DNA of 64,000 nucleotides, from positions 137,481-201,480 of the forward strand of contig MU619289.1 of the NCBI GenBank assembly GCA_025201805.1, given 5' to 3'. Positions 39,237-53,847 of this stretch are shown here, one piece after another. The notes under the pieces were generated by a model. The model did not search any database and was not told the origin of the DNA. It was given only the letters and a program-made list of their open reading frames with translations. Within the stretch, counting starts at the first letter, position 1. The number at the start of each line of letters is the position of its first letter. Source of the stretch: Parasitella parasitica NRRL 2501 (Eukaryota; Fungi; Mucoromycota). The position numbers and the translations under genes were made by a program.

Positions 39237-42171
39237 CTATAGCTTTTGCTTCGTTTCGATTGTCTGTACACTTTGAATAATATCTCCAGGTTTGAAATCA
39301 TTGAATCCCTCGAAAGACATGCCACATTCCAAACCTTTTTTTGCTTCTTGAATGTCTTTTTTAACTTGGCGAAGGGCATCAAGTTCACCTACAGAAAGGA
39401 AATTGTACATGATGAGGCTTTTTTTTTTTTTGGTGTATGACTATTTAATAATTTACCTTCCCAAATCGTCTCTTTATTACGCACTATTCTCACTCTACTA
39501 TTTTTATGAATAACACCGTTGGTAACACGACATCCGGCAACTGGTTTTGTTTCCCTTCCTTTTGTATTAATGTCAAACACTTGAAGCAATGCTGCCTCTC
39601 CTGTAACCTGCGTCGATAAAATAGGCGGCAGCATATCGCTAAGCTGATCTTTTACTTCCTCCAGCAGTTTGTAGATGATTGAATACGATTTTAACGGGAT
39701 TCCTATTTTGGCTGCCTCGGCTTGAATACGTTTATCTGCCTTGACATTAAACCCAATAACTTGTCCCTCACAAGCAGCGGCTAATTGAACATCTCCCTCC
39801 GAGATGTTGCCTACGCCACTGTGTATAACTTTGACTCTGATCTGTTTGTTGTGAAGACCTGCGAGACAATCAACAACTGCCTCCACTGTACCACTTACAT
39901 CACCTGTCAAAACAAATTAAGACTAAACATACACGTGAGGCCACAACAATACTACCTTTCACAACTGCTCGGAGTTCCAGCATGTCTTTCTGTGCATCAT
40001 CATCATTGTCTTCATCTTTGAGATTGGCTTGGATGGCACTCAATCTTTTACCTAACGAGTCTGGTAGCACTTCACTGAGACCCTTTTGATACATGTACAT
40101 TTCTTTTTTGTAAGCTTTTTCGGCCATTCTCTCTTGCTCTAATTGCTCTCTTTGCTGTCTGCGCTTATCATTAATAATTTGTAAATCACGGAGTTGCTGC
40201 TCCCTTTGATGTCGTGCAACGCGATTATCCACAACAGTTTTGGCCAGGGTCTATTTATACATTAGTCTTTTAGCATTTTGGGATGGATGGAAAATTACGT
40301 ACTTCATCCGTAGCCGTTAACATTTCATCACCGGCACTGGGGACATCTTTCCAGCCAATGACCTTTACAGGCATACCTGGGGTAGCTTCTTTAACAGGTT
40401 TACCTTGATAATCTGTCATTGACCTCACTTTGCACCAAGTTTGGCCCGCAACCACAACGGAGCCGGCTTTTAAAGTGCCTTGTTGAACAAGGATTGTTGC
40501 AACATTTCCTCTACCTTTCTCGATTTGGGATTCGATGACAACACCTTCTGCAGCACCAGCCTTCCTATCGGCCTTCAACTCAAGAATCTCTGATAGTGTA
40601 ACGATCGTTTCTTCGAGCTGATCCAGATTTTTACCAGTGAGGCCTGAAACCTCAACGCAGGGTACATCGCCGCCGATTTCCTCTAAATGTACATTGTAAC
40701 GCGCTAATTCTTGTTTCACTCGAGAGGTATCTACACCAGGCTTATCGCACTTATTTATAGCAACAACGATAGGTACATTAGCTGCATGCGCATGTTGGAT
40801 CGCCTCTTGTGTTTGTGGCATAACTCCATCATCTGCTGCCACTACTAAAACCACAATATCTGTAACTTGTGCACCTCTCTGACGCATAGCAGAGAAGGCT
40901 GCATGGCCGGGTGTATCCAAAAAGGTGATTGTTTTGTTTGAAGGCAATTTCACTATGTCACAGGGTAGTTAGTGAAAGTAATAAATCAATACCCTCCCCT
41001 CTCCCATCCGAATATACCTGAAAATGCGCCAATGTGTTGAGTAATTCCGCCTGCTTCGCCTGCTGCAACAGATGTTTTACGCAGTGTATCCAATAGCGTA
41101 GTTTTCCCATGGTCAACATGTCCCATTATTGTAACAATTGGGGGTCGGTCCATCAGTAAACTGGGATCAATAGGCGCTGATCTATTTATGCGTTAAATTG
41201 TATTAGAATCGCTATACGGATAGATGTGTGTCTGTTTGCACTGTTGTACCTTGGAAACAGATCAATGGATTGTCTTGAATCAACAATAGGGTTCATGTCC
41301 AACTGCATGGCGATAAGGCTTGATTCATCAGCATTGAGCACTAGAAACAGTTAATTCCAGCGAAAAAAAAAAAAAGGGCGGTTTGTTCATGCGCCTACTT
41401 ACTTGTATCATGCGAAGTGCTTCCCATTTCCAGCTCTTCCATGGTCCTGACCAAATGCTCTATCGTTCGATTACAGTATTACTGTCGCTGCATCCGAAAC
41501 TATGCACACGCCGCATACTTACCAATCCGAACACCCAGCACTCTAGACAGATTGGCAACATTGATAATTTCGGGGATATAGATGTCCTTCATCTTGTTGC
41601 TTTGGTCCTCCTGCTCTTTGGCCTTTTGCTTGGCCTTTCTTGCCGCAATTTGTTGACGCTCTTTCTCTACTTCCTTTTCCATGGATGCTAGCTCTTCTTC
41701 CCTCTTTTTACGGTCTCGTTTTTGCGCTTGCGTCTCTGCTTTTCTGGGTGGAAGCTTTGAAAACTTGTTGACATGACGCTCATGCATTTTGTAGGTTTCT
41801 CCTGCATGTTTCTCGCTATGAAAGTCCACAGGGCGACTCCAGTCTCTTTTAGGCACCACTCGTTTTCCGTCTACAGTGTTGTTTGTTGTCTTTTGTGCAG
41901 CAGAACGACTCCAATTAGTTTTCCCTAATCCTTTACTTGGCTTTTTTCCTTCTGCTCCAAGCGTGGTAGTTGTAGGCATACCTAATCCCGCTCTTTCACC
42001 TCCACTTGTTGATGCCTTGACAGCTTTGGCTCGTGCTTCGTTCAGCAAACGACTTGCCGTTTGGAAAAACATGGGCCTCCCCATCCAACGTCGTCCTAAT
42101 GTCGCTCTACCATAGCCAAGTTTGCCGGATGACTCGGTCAATAGCTGCAAAACTTTTCGACTGTACATCAT
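39237..42171 (-). CDS. IFM1: Mitochondrial translation initiation factor IF-2; multi-exon
   Basis: Basic presequence; [71 protein letters not shown]. Confidence 0.93.
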
Positions 42172-43173
42172 TAATAAAAGTTTGAAAAAGTGGCAATAAT
42201 CTCCACCCCTTTCGATAAAATCTGTTACATGGGCAACTGGAGCGCAGGAAAACCAATACTCTGGGGAATGAACCTAGTCACTATGTGACGAGATATGCAT
42301 TCCTTGAGTAATGTGTCATTGTCGTTAGCTTCATTGCATTCTATCAGATACTATCCGAGCATTCGATGGATTAGTTTCTGAGAAAAGTTTTGTTAAAGGT
42401 GTTTTCAAACCTAAATTGCATACTATGTACGGACAAAATACTGAAATCTATTAGAATGTCTGATGGTGCTTGAATCTTTACCCGTTTGATATTTGATCCA
42501 AGTTGAATCAGGGCAAATGATCTACATAGAACTACGGTGTTTTCAGGACTATCAATAGCAAAGAGCAGAAAAAGAGAATTTCATGTTAAATCTGTCTACA
42601 ACGTTTTATTATGCTTTGTGATATAGAAACTAATTAATATAGAACTTGGGGTGTGATACCCTCGGATAGATTGACAGTGATAGGGAGAATGCCATGACAA
42701 TATTCTTAACAGCAGGAATCTTAAAACCAGACATGCCGAAAAGACTATGATCGTCCATGAAAATGGTTTCCTTCAACTGCTTACACTTTTCTACGGATAC
42801 CTAATACGCTCTGTCATCGGTCCATTTGAGACAGACATGATGTCGTACGAACCCTACTTTATCAAAGAGTGATCGATCAGATGAAATGTGAATTTATTCA
42901 AAGATGCAGGACCTATGAGAGTTTCATTCCGCACATGTGATTCATATTTTATGGCTTGTGAATGATTTCACTGTAATTACATCCTTTCTAGCTAGGCATC
43001 CCTTTTATTTTACTCGAGATGTAGATTGGCAGTGTTCATGTCAAACGAGGATCTTTGACATGATTCAAGCCTACACAGTCACCATGTCCGGTGTCAGATT
43101 GCAAGAGGTAAAAGCAAGAATTGGAAAAAAAAAAAAAAAAAAATTTACCTGATAATAACTTTGCATTCCTGGA

Positions 43174-44344
43174 ATGATATACGATCTCAATATTCCATAC
43201 CCAAATAACAGCGATGTTAAAGAGCTACAGCGTATAGAAAAGATACTAGACAAACTGAATTCATGTAAAAACTAGCCTTCTTAAACTAAATTATACGCTT
43301 TCATTTAATATATATACAATTGCAGTCGAGAATAAGAGCATTGTTGCCTTGAACTTGTCTTTGGAAGGCAATTTAGCAGATGTCAAGGTAGTAAATGTAG
43401 TAATTTCTGTATAACAACATATTTAACGTGCATATATTATAGCCGATTGCTCCAGTGGCGTCACAGAAATTCGTCAATATGCAGCAATTAACAAGAGTAA
43501 CGTTGCTTGTAGAAGATAGTAAAAAGAACTATCAACTTGTAAGCAAAACACACCAAAAATGGCCTCAACAGAGTGAATTTAGTGCATTTATTAGGCCACA
43601 AGTTCGGCATACCCAAAAATTGACATTTTAGCTGTTCGCCCTACAAATTTTGATACGTGTAAACACGCATGTCAAACATTAGAGGTTGATCTGATTTCAC
43701 TAGATTTAGCCAGGACCAAAGCATTGCCAGGATTTGTTGCTGCACAAGTAGCTGTGAATCGAGGCATCTTTTTTGAAATATGCTATTCACAATCATTTAG
43801 AGGTAAATGCACTGTTTTGTGAACGGTTTCTAAGTTTGCTCATTCCAACAAACAGATCCAAACAAGAAATTTCTATTCTTTAATAACGTAAAGAGGCTGG
43901 TGGAAGTGACTAGAGGACATAACCTGATACTTAGCAGTGAAGCAATGAGAGCGTTAGATATTAGACGGACTGCCGATCTTAGAATACTGCAAGTAATGTT
44001 GATGGAGCCTTTTGCATCTTGAACTCATTGGTATTTATAGAGGAGCCATGTTTGGCATGACACAAGATCAGGTTGAAGCTACAGTTACTGTAAATTTTTC
44101 TAGATTATTGAAGAGGGCTGGTATGTTTACCTCAAATCAAAACAAGAAAAATGATTAACATTTATTGCTAGAAACTCGAAAACTTACTTATAATGCAGCT
44201 ATCGCTCTCGATAAATCCCAGCTTTTTGCTGAACCATTAGTTACAAAGGAAGACGCCTCCTCTTCGTTGAAACGTAAAGACGACAGTCAAACAGAATCAA
44301 AAAGAGCTGCAAAGCGAAACAAACAACAAAAACTGAACAAATAA
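43174..44344 (+). CDS. RPP1: RNase P/MRP subunit p30 (PHP fold); many short exons, absent from the ORF track
   Basis: Spliced reading MIYDLNIPYP..QLTRVT..DILAVRP..HACQTLEVDLISLD..AVNRGIFFEICYS..LVEVTRGHNLILSSEAMRALDIR; stop at 44342-44344. Confidence 0.88.
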
Positions 44345-47300
44345 AAAGGACTTGTCAATTGGAACTTTTAATAGAACCCAATTCGCGCTTTTGCCTTAGT
44401 CTTCATATTTTTTTTTGTTTGGCAATCTCATATTACTTTTCATAAACATCAAGGTAGTTTAGAACGATGTAGATATGTGTTTTTTTTTCTCTATAGAATA
44501 CCATGGTTACCATTATTACAACTCAGTTGTCATGTCAACTGTTTCTGATCGGATCTACGGTTAAATGTCACCGATTATACTACAGTAAATAGAAGTAATT
44601 AATAGAATGTCTTGCATAGCAAACCGTCCATTTAGATTCTACTTATTCTAAATTGCGAAGCTAAAATTAACGGTGAATGATTCACATTCATAATGATTAG
44701 TTGATTAAATACATAGTAAATCTTGCTCAGACAACTAACTATACTGTTACAGTCTTTATATCGTTTCTGAAAAAAAAAGCTCAAGTCAATTATTAAAATC
44801 ATGGTATTTGTGATAAAATATATTAGGGTTTCTGATAACAAACCTTTTATTTCTGACAAAAGCTGAGAGGTTTCTGTATAAACTAAAATTGGTTATATTA
44901 CAAAACCGTCAAAGTCTCAAAGTATCAAAGTATCAGACTGCATATACTAAAAAGGCATTAATTTGAACGCATCCGTCAAATTATGCATTTACGCAATGGC
45001 AGTTTATTCCTGAATCTAACTTAAACCAACCATTTCATTCTGTTTTCTTCTTTAATTATATGTCTTTTCAAAAATCATAGCATATTCAGGCAAATGACAA
45101 TCTCTATTTTTATTACTTCACATTACCATTTTATGTTACAGCTGTTGAGATAACGGACGGATTGGTGTACAAAAATGTATTTGGTATAGTGAGTTATCCC
45201 CTATTCAGAATTTCATACTCTACGGTACAGTGCCTGGAACCTGGAATCTACCAAAAGCTTTTTATGAAGCTTAAGTTTTGTTAGTAAAATTACCCTCAAC
45301 CTCAATCCCAGCCTCCATTTTACTTTCTATTTTATATGTCTAGGATTAGAAGCACAAAAAAAGGAACTCATGAACTGGCATTAAACATTATTACAAGCAA
45401 CAATGGTCACTTGTATTTAGCAATTTATGAATTATTCACAAATAACAAGGTAAAATATTGTATTCATTAATTATCCTCTTCTGCTTCCAATTCGCTGGTT
45501 CATACCTGTTTGGTCATATTACTATGAAGAGAGGTATACTTGTGGAATCAATAATACTTACTTTGTAAAGCTGTGCCATGTACTAGAATTGATATTGACG
45601 TGATATCATCTCCAAATAGATATTTTTTGCAGCTTAAAAGCAAGAACTTTAGCTTTGTGCACCATTTTTTGACTGATTTTCGTAATTAAAAGTGCCCTGA
45701 AAATGCCAGAAATAGTATCCATTGGGCAAAACTTATATTATATATGATTTTGGTGCAATTTGAGCATGATTTTTTTTTCGATGCAAAATGACGGATTTTT
45801 TCGATTTTTTCCTTGTATCCACGCGTCCAAAATCATTGATTATGCATTATCCTCGATTTGGACCTCAAAAATGCGACTTTTTACTATAGCATTTATTGGA
45901 GGAAAATGATCGTAAAAGACCATTCCTTGATCTGAAAGACTAAAAATGCGCTCTGATTAAGCAAAATATTGACTTTTTCCTCTTGATCTGTTTTGAGGTT
46001 TTCTCAACATAATTCCTCCCGTAAACGTACGAGGATTATCAAAATGGCACCATCGTGTAGAGCGTCCAAAAATACAGCTATTATCATAGACTGACAGCCG
46101 TGGTATGCATAGTATCAGAGAATGATATTTTGCCCTAAAAGAGTAATTTTTTTTCGAATTATCCAAATGGAGTTTCTGAAAGAACTTTTTTCTTCCTAAT
46201 TTTGGACACGTTTAATCTCCGCTATCAAAGAAAAATGGTGTTTCTTGAATAAAGCATTTGCTTTGAGAAGCCATAGCTTATTCAGTTCAGGAGAAAAACA
46301 GTTTCGAACAAGTTCATTTAAATTTTATGCTTCTTGGCTTTCTAATAGTAGTACTTGCATGTCTGTACCTGGCCTGACGATCTCACGCTACAATTTTGAA
46401 AAATACCTTTCCGAAAAAAAGTCAGAAAAGTTGCTACCTTCATCTGTTGTCAACTTAAAAAGTACAAACAGTTGCTTTAAGCTATGCAAATATGTAATCA
46501 AAAGGTGCCTTGTATTCTAATGCATTACTTTGGATAACTTTTTTTTGTGTCTGAAATTGCTAAACATTGTTTTCTTACAGTTTTGTCTTTTTAGCTTGCT
46601 TTGCCAAGACACACACTTTTAAACCAATATTATGGAAAAGATGGCACAGACTTGACTAGCTGTAGGTGCAATAAGATTTGAGAGGATTGCCTGGTACTTG
46701 TCTGACTAGACCTTCTGTACTAGAAGACGCCAGATCAACTGAAGTTATAAGAAAATGCCTGAGAAAAGGAAACAACCTGCCATCAGGATAATAGATCCAG
46801 TCATAAAAATCCATCTGTATAAGATGTAGATGACTTATTTTAAAGCATATTCTCTTTGTATTTTCACTATGAATAAAACGAAGCAACTACTCTCGTCTCT
46901 CAGAAACTCGTTAGCTTTTATCAGAAATAAAAGGTTTGTTACAAGAACCCTAACATTTATTAGCATAATCACCATGATCTCTATCATTTACTTAAAAAAG
47001 AAAATTAGAAACGATAAAAAGACTGTTTAACCTTGTTTGACGATTCAATGTCAAACATGATCTGATTGCATTCGTCAATTGATTCATGTAAGCTTACTCT
47101 TGTTTTTTTAGCTGATAACTTGATAGTCATTATTACTTTCTCCACTTTTTTTTGTATAATCATCCTTTGTACCCATTTTCGAAACCTGGCAAAACACGCA
47201 CAGCATACAAAAATATGATAACTTTATACGACGGTTACTGTGCATCATCTATTCCAACCCTATCTTTTCCAGGTTTGACCTCGGTTTTGCGGTTTATTTG

Positions 47301-47741
47301 ACAAGAATAATGATCAACAACATCAGCAAATTATGCGTAACTGTTGATATGTACATTACCCAGTGGAAATCAAAAAATGTTCTAATAGCCCTGATTGTGC
47401 TTATATCAGCAAAATTTAAAAAATAGCTTTCGTTGTTCTCTATTAAAGCTATAGGGATTGATATGCAAATATTACATGAAAATTGCTGTTTTCTGCTGAT
47501 GATCTTTACTACGAGGAGAGCTGCTTCATAGATCGTTTGCAACGAGTATTAACCAACTGTTTCGTTGATTCTCCACTTTGAATGGACATGGTCTCTGTTT
47601 AAATTTCATCAGAATATGGTCAAATGTTAGGATACTCTTGTTGGATACAAAGATAAAATGCAGTACTTACAAAAGACGCAAGAGACAGAAGAGGCAGTCA
47701 AGAGAACAAAGATGAAACAAAAAAAAAAAAGGCCGTGTTGC

Positions 47742-47781
<40 letters not shown>

Positions 47782-49420
47782 TAAAACCAGAGGTTAACGA
47801 TTTCGAAAACTTTAAAATACTTTATTAAAAATCGAAATTGCATCCTCTAATTTTACATTTTACAACTACATAAAGTTATAGTAACTTATTTAGATTACTA
47901 ATTGACAAAACTAATTCTCAGTAACAATCTACTTGACAGGGTACGGTATAAGCTTACACAACAAGGGCTACCCGTTTTTGATCTGACAGTGATCTGTGTT
48001 CTACTGGAATAACCTTCTTGATTTGAAACAGAGACTTTATTCTCCAATTTACACAAGCGTATCACATCACATCATTGGACAATCTTCAATCTTCAATTGA
48101 AGTACATTGCCATGATCTCCTATCTATAATGGTGGCAAATTAACGCTTTGTTTAGGCTTGCTTATCTCGCATTGTGTGTGCCTGTATAGCTTTAATCAAT
48201 AATTATATTTCCTTGGTCGTAGTGAGGTCGATCTATCGCATATAAACTTACAATTCCTTATATGCTACTAAATGAAAAATAAAAATAAAAATGGGCCAAG
48301 AGATAGCGTCTTACTGAGGCCACAAAACGTGTGAAATTCTTGAAAGAACACTGGAGTGAAAAATTAAAAATGATGGCGTTGGTTTTATGATGTTATCCAC
48401 TGAAGTCCCAAGAAATGAATACGAAAAATGTAATGTGCCTATAAAACTAGAAACCGATACCTCGTTCGGCTTTGGTCGAATCCCATGGCAAGAGCGCAAA
48501 CTTGACAGAAATCCTGGCTTTTACTTCTATTCCTTTGAACGTACTTTATGCTTTGCTTTAGTCGTTGAAGTATCTTTTCTTAATTAATAAGATTGGTATA
48601 GATGAAGCTTCTTTTTTTTTTCTAAAAACAAAATAGATCAAGGTTGTCCATGACACAGTTTCTCAAGCAACTACTTGGATTATATACTTGATTAATGGAA
48701 GTACGCAAATTGGCTATCATCCACGGCACAACTGTATTAAATAGATAAGTTTATGAACGCATCAAGTGATTTTCAATGTATGTCGTCTCCCTGACAACAC
48801 AATGCCTGATAGCAACATAGTCTCGTGCACTCGTAAGATCTTGGATCAATACTTATCATCTTCAATTCATAATCATATCAAAGCATTTTAATTCAAATTA
48901 TCCAATCTATCGCAGTCCAGTGAACCATATTCATATATTTCAACATATCGCAGGTTTGCCTATTGAACTATAGGTGCTGTATTTTCATTCTATCAACGAA
49001 AAATATACATCCAACTACATTTAGCTACTAGGTCAACAAGTTCAGAGTATTCTGAATCCGTAAAATATTAAATATTACTATCAATTATGTAGACAAAGTG
49101 GTAATCTCTTTTGTACAAGCAAGCGTAGCTCTTCTTTCCAGTTTTGATCCATTGTTAATTACAAAGAAAATGGAAGCCTGCTAGTTTCTTCCACGTCACC
49201 ATCAACAAATAAAGAATTTAAAGGGAACCATTGTGGAAGGTGGCGCAAATTGAAGGGGATGCACTTTTTTTTTTTTGTAATTCTCTTGGCCTTGATCTTT
49301 TTATTTCATTCTACTTTGTTAAATCAAGTGAAGCTACAATATCTCATTCAAAAGAAGAAGACAACAGAAAGAAGCACTTTCTCCAATCCCCTCTATCCCC
49401 CTCTCTGTTTTCTTCTCTCT

Positions 49421-49471
<51 letters not shown>

Positions 49472-49567
49472 CTCTGTTCGACCAATTTCAGTAAACAAGT
49501 GATTTCAATCATTAATCACTAGGAGACAGAAAACGGTTATATAACTACTTGATTGAAATATTCAAGA

Positions 49568-52500
49568 ATGCAATCAACAGAATCTCTTCAGTTTTCAGAG
49601 TCTATTGGAAAACGCGTTGATCCAACGTACAGCAAAGTGCTGCAGCTAAGGCTTAAAGAATTATTGAATAGCCAGAATGATAGGTATTTGACATACACTT
49701 GAAATGAACATCAATTGATTATATGCAGAATTAACTCATATAATTCAGTTTTCCCGGATCACAACCAGTCAGCTTTGAATCCAAACATTTGAATGACATT
49801 GAGCGTGAGGATTATTTCGTCTGTGAGAAATCAGACGGTGTACGATATTTGCTATTTTTTCTCCATTCGCCCAAAGGACCTGCCTCTTTCTTGGTATTGT
49901 ACTTTACACAAAGTCGATCATCGAATGTGGTTCTAACCGTTAGTCATGCTAGTTTGACCGAAATAAGCATTGGTACTATGTTCCAAATTTGCTGTTCCCT
50001 GTTAGAGGACGAGAAAATGAATTCTTGAAAGACACAATTATGGATGGCGAAATAGTGCTGGATATTGATGCACACAAGGTATGATGAGAGGAGTAATGCA
50101 ATGGAATTTTATCGATGCTTAACATGCTCTATAAATCAAAAGAAAACATGGCGATACCTTATATTCGATTTGATGGTAGTCAATGGCTCAACTATAATAC
50201 AAAGATCGTTTAGTTCCAGACTTGGGGTATGTGTTGATTTGTTTTTGCTATGACAGTGCACTCATACAGAAAGACAGATGCTACAACAAGATATTATACA
50301 GCCATTTAATGCCAGAATGCGAACACAGATGGATCCAATAAAGTTGCCGCCCTTCACGTAAGTAGCCGTCAAGATCTTGGAACAAACGTGTGTTAAAATC
50401 AATAACGTGCTGCAGAATTGAGCTAAAAAAGATGGAACGGTCGTATGGATTACATTTAGTGTTTGAACAAATACCCAAATTAAAACACAAGAGCGATGGC
50501 ATTATTTGGACGCCTGTCAAATACCCTTATACACCAGGCACATGCGAAAAGCTGTAGGTTTGACATACAAAAGGGCAAGAATCGGGCTATGTTTCTAACG
50601 TATTTGATAGGTTAAAATGGAAACCACCAGAACTGAATACAGTCGATTTTAGGATAGCTGCAAGGTGGAGTAAAGAGCATAAACCTATTTACTCGATCGA
50701 GGTGCTGTCCAACGGTGTGACATATAAATTTTTCGATCACTTTCAGCCTGAACCATCATTAGCTACACAGTAAGAGTCTTGAACAATTTAAAACATGCAA
50801 TATTGGTCAACGGCTTTTTTTTTATAGGTGGAAGAATCAATTGCCTGATGGACGAATAGCTGAATTCAGGTAAACTCCATTTAAAGCAAGGGATAACAAG
50901 ATGTTTATTGCTGCCGTAGATACGACCCACAGTGTGAAGTTACAATAATTGAACAGGGATATGCGCCCATAATGAGGAAAGGAGGCTGGAGGTATGAATT
51001 GATACTGGATCAAGTTTGAAATACTAAGTCGCTTCTATGCAGATTTGTGCGGTTTCGAGATGACAAAAGTACAGCGAACGATGAGCAGGTTGTTAAAAAG
51101 ATCTTGCACAGTATCCAAGATGGTGTTACAAAAGAGCAGTTGTTGTCATGTATGGATAGGGTACGTGCTGCGTGGAAAGCTAGAGAAAAGGGATTACCTA
51201 TGCCTCCATCATTGCCATCAAAATCACCCGGTAGCTTGACTCTATCGACTCAAATCACACCGTCTGCTTCCGCAACAAATACGCCTACATCTTCCACTGC
51301 ACTTCAATCACCCAGCTTGGCATCTACGTCCGGCGGCTATTTTCGTGAGAGCCATGACGAATCAAGTAGAAAAAACTCAATTTCCGAGGAATTACCAACA
51401 GTAACAATGAAGAGAAAATCATCTGCAACCTCAATTGCAACACCTCTGAAAGAGTCGATGATGGAAGAAGACGAGCCTGTGGAAAGAAAGAGATTAAAGT
51501 CTTTGGTAGAGGAAGGACCAGAACAAACGCCTGGTCCTCTACCTTCCGCTTTTACCTCCTCAGTGCTAGCAACGTCGACATCCTCGCCTTCAATACTTGT
51601 CAATACTAAAAATGAAACCATCAAAATAAAGCAGCCCCAGAAATCGCAGCAATTATCGCCAAAACAACGCCTGCCAAAACAGCCGAAAATAGAAGACACT
51701 TCTCGCTCAAGAAAATCGTCGCTTTTGGATGAGAAAGTTGCTCCTGATTTGCAATTACCCCCATCATCATCCGCTAAAATTAATCAGATTCCCGCTGCCA
51801 CAAGCGCTCATACAGAACGTACGTTATCAGCGCCAACAGTGACAACACTCTCTGAACCAGCACCAACGTCCGAGACAAGAAAGCTTGAATACGCTGATAG
51901 TCGTCGCTCAAAATCTATACCACAACTACAAAAAGAAACTGCTACGCAAACATCGAAAAAGGCCAAATCAGCTTCTAGTATCCACAATCTTTTGACAACA
52001 TCTGTTGAACCAACGCCCACCACTAAAAGAGCTTATGATATTTCGAATATTATACAGCAGCCTAGGTCAAGTCCCCCTACACAGCGGCTCCCGCAGCAGC
52101 AGCAGCAAATACATCATCAACAGTTACAGCAAATGCAGCAAATGCAGCAGCAGCAGCAGCAGCAGCAAATACATCATCAACAGTTACAGCAGCATCCACA
52201 GCAGCATCCACAGCAGCATCCACAGCAGCAGCAACAGCAGCATCCACAGCAGCACCCACAGCCTGTTCAATTCATTAATTTTCATGCTGAAGGAAGACAA
52301 TCTCCTCAACAGATAAATAAAAATCATGTTTTAATTATTCGAAGTGAAAGCAATAGTCAACCACCAGCAGCAGCTCAACAGCAGCAACAACACCAACAAC
52401 AACACCAACACCACCAACAACAACAGCGTATATGGAAAAATAGTAGTAATAATAGTATTAATAATGTAAAATATGAAAATCAAACAACAACTCCTCCACC

Positions 52501-52840
52501 TCCACCACCACCGCCACAACCACAAGACTCATATTCTCCTTATAATGTTGTATCAACACCATACCATCATTTACCACCTCAAAATCTGCAACAATATCAT
52601 CCATCATACTACAGTCAATATCAGCCACCACCGCCACAACCACAAATACCACCTCAAACGTCAATGTATGGTCATCGCCGTAATGAGCAACAGGTTGCTC
52701 ACCCATATCAGCAACAACAATATCAAAAGCCGCAGTCGCAGCAGCCACAAAACCCAGTTGGAACAAGTAGTTCTTCTCCCATCTCACCTGCCAAAAGGAA
52801 AAATAGCCAAAAAGCAAAACTTGATTTTATTCTGAATTAA
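49568..52840 (+). CDS. CEG1: mRNA capping guanylyltransferase with a long low-complexity C-terminal extension
   Basis: FPGSQPVSF, motif I CEKSDG, III DGEIV, IIIa [31 protein letters not shown]. The last exon continues in frame for ~550 aa of S/P/Q-rich sequence. Confidence 0.88.
52090..52430 (+). repeat. Coding CAG/CAA poly-Q and QQHP tandem repeats
   Basis: cagcagcatcca units, plus a duplicated cagcagcaaatacatcatcaacagttacagca block. Confidence 0.85.
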
Positions 52841-53139
52841 ATTTTTACAATAAAATATTAAGCAACATGTTTTTTTATTGTTTGAACCTGTGAAATGCTC
52901 CAGTGATGTACCTTTACACAAAAAAATTAGATTTATGGCAGCAAGAAAACATTGTCAGAATGACTATTAGAGTCGATCTTTGCCCCAAGTACAGATCAAG
53001 CGATGCTTTATACTTGTCTGATACCGCTACGGTCAGGGCTTCCTGATATATACTTTATTTCCGCTGGACAACGCATATAACATGCTTTACTTGCAAAAGT
53101 AGTTGCGTTTTGGCGGAATAATAGCAGCAGCAATGAAAA

Positions 53140-53170
<31 letters not shown>

Positions 53171-53847
53171 NNNNNNNNNNCAAATATTAGCAAATCAACC
53201 GGTAGGATGGGTAGCATCCTCGCTGAAAGGAAAAGCGGCCGTTCATGCCATGGTTTGGCGCTCAAGAGGAAGCTGTGAAGTAAGAAGATGAAAAGGAGAT
53301 GATTTATCATGCATATTGTATCTTCAAAAATAATTTCTGATTGTAAATGTGTATACACGCCTAGGGATGCAACCAAATTAAGCACAAGTTGCCATAGTTT
53401 CTGCAAAAAGTTGATAAATACCTACCTATACTTTGTGTTTTATTTTGGCATGTCAAACTCATTGCCAAAAATCCGAGAACACTAAACAAGAAGAAACAAA
53501 ATCAAAGATCTTCATACGTCAAACACAACACAATTAGATGTCTTTAATCTTGATTTAAAGACCTGTCCTTGACGAGATTTGATGGTAGCAAAAGAGAACT
53601 TTGGATAATGTAAATGTAAAAATTGAGCCTTTTGTCAATACGAACTTTGACCAATAAACAAGTCAACATTGGGGCTTCCAAGATCAATGTGTAGTAAGAC
53701 GCGCCCTACTTCACTGGTGACTGGTGAAAAAAGCTGTTTTTTACGCATCTTCTCACTGCTCAAGACCATCAACAGTGCCTTTTCTTTTTCCTACAACTGG
53801 ATAGTGAGGCTGACAAGGATTTCAAACAAAACGTCCATCAAAAAATC

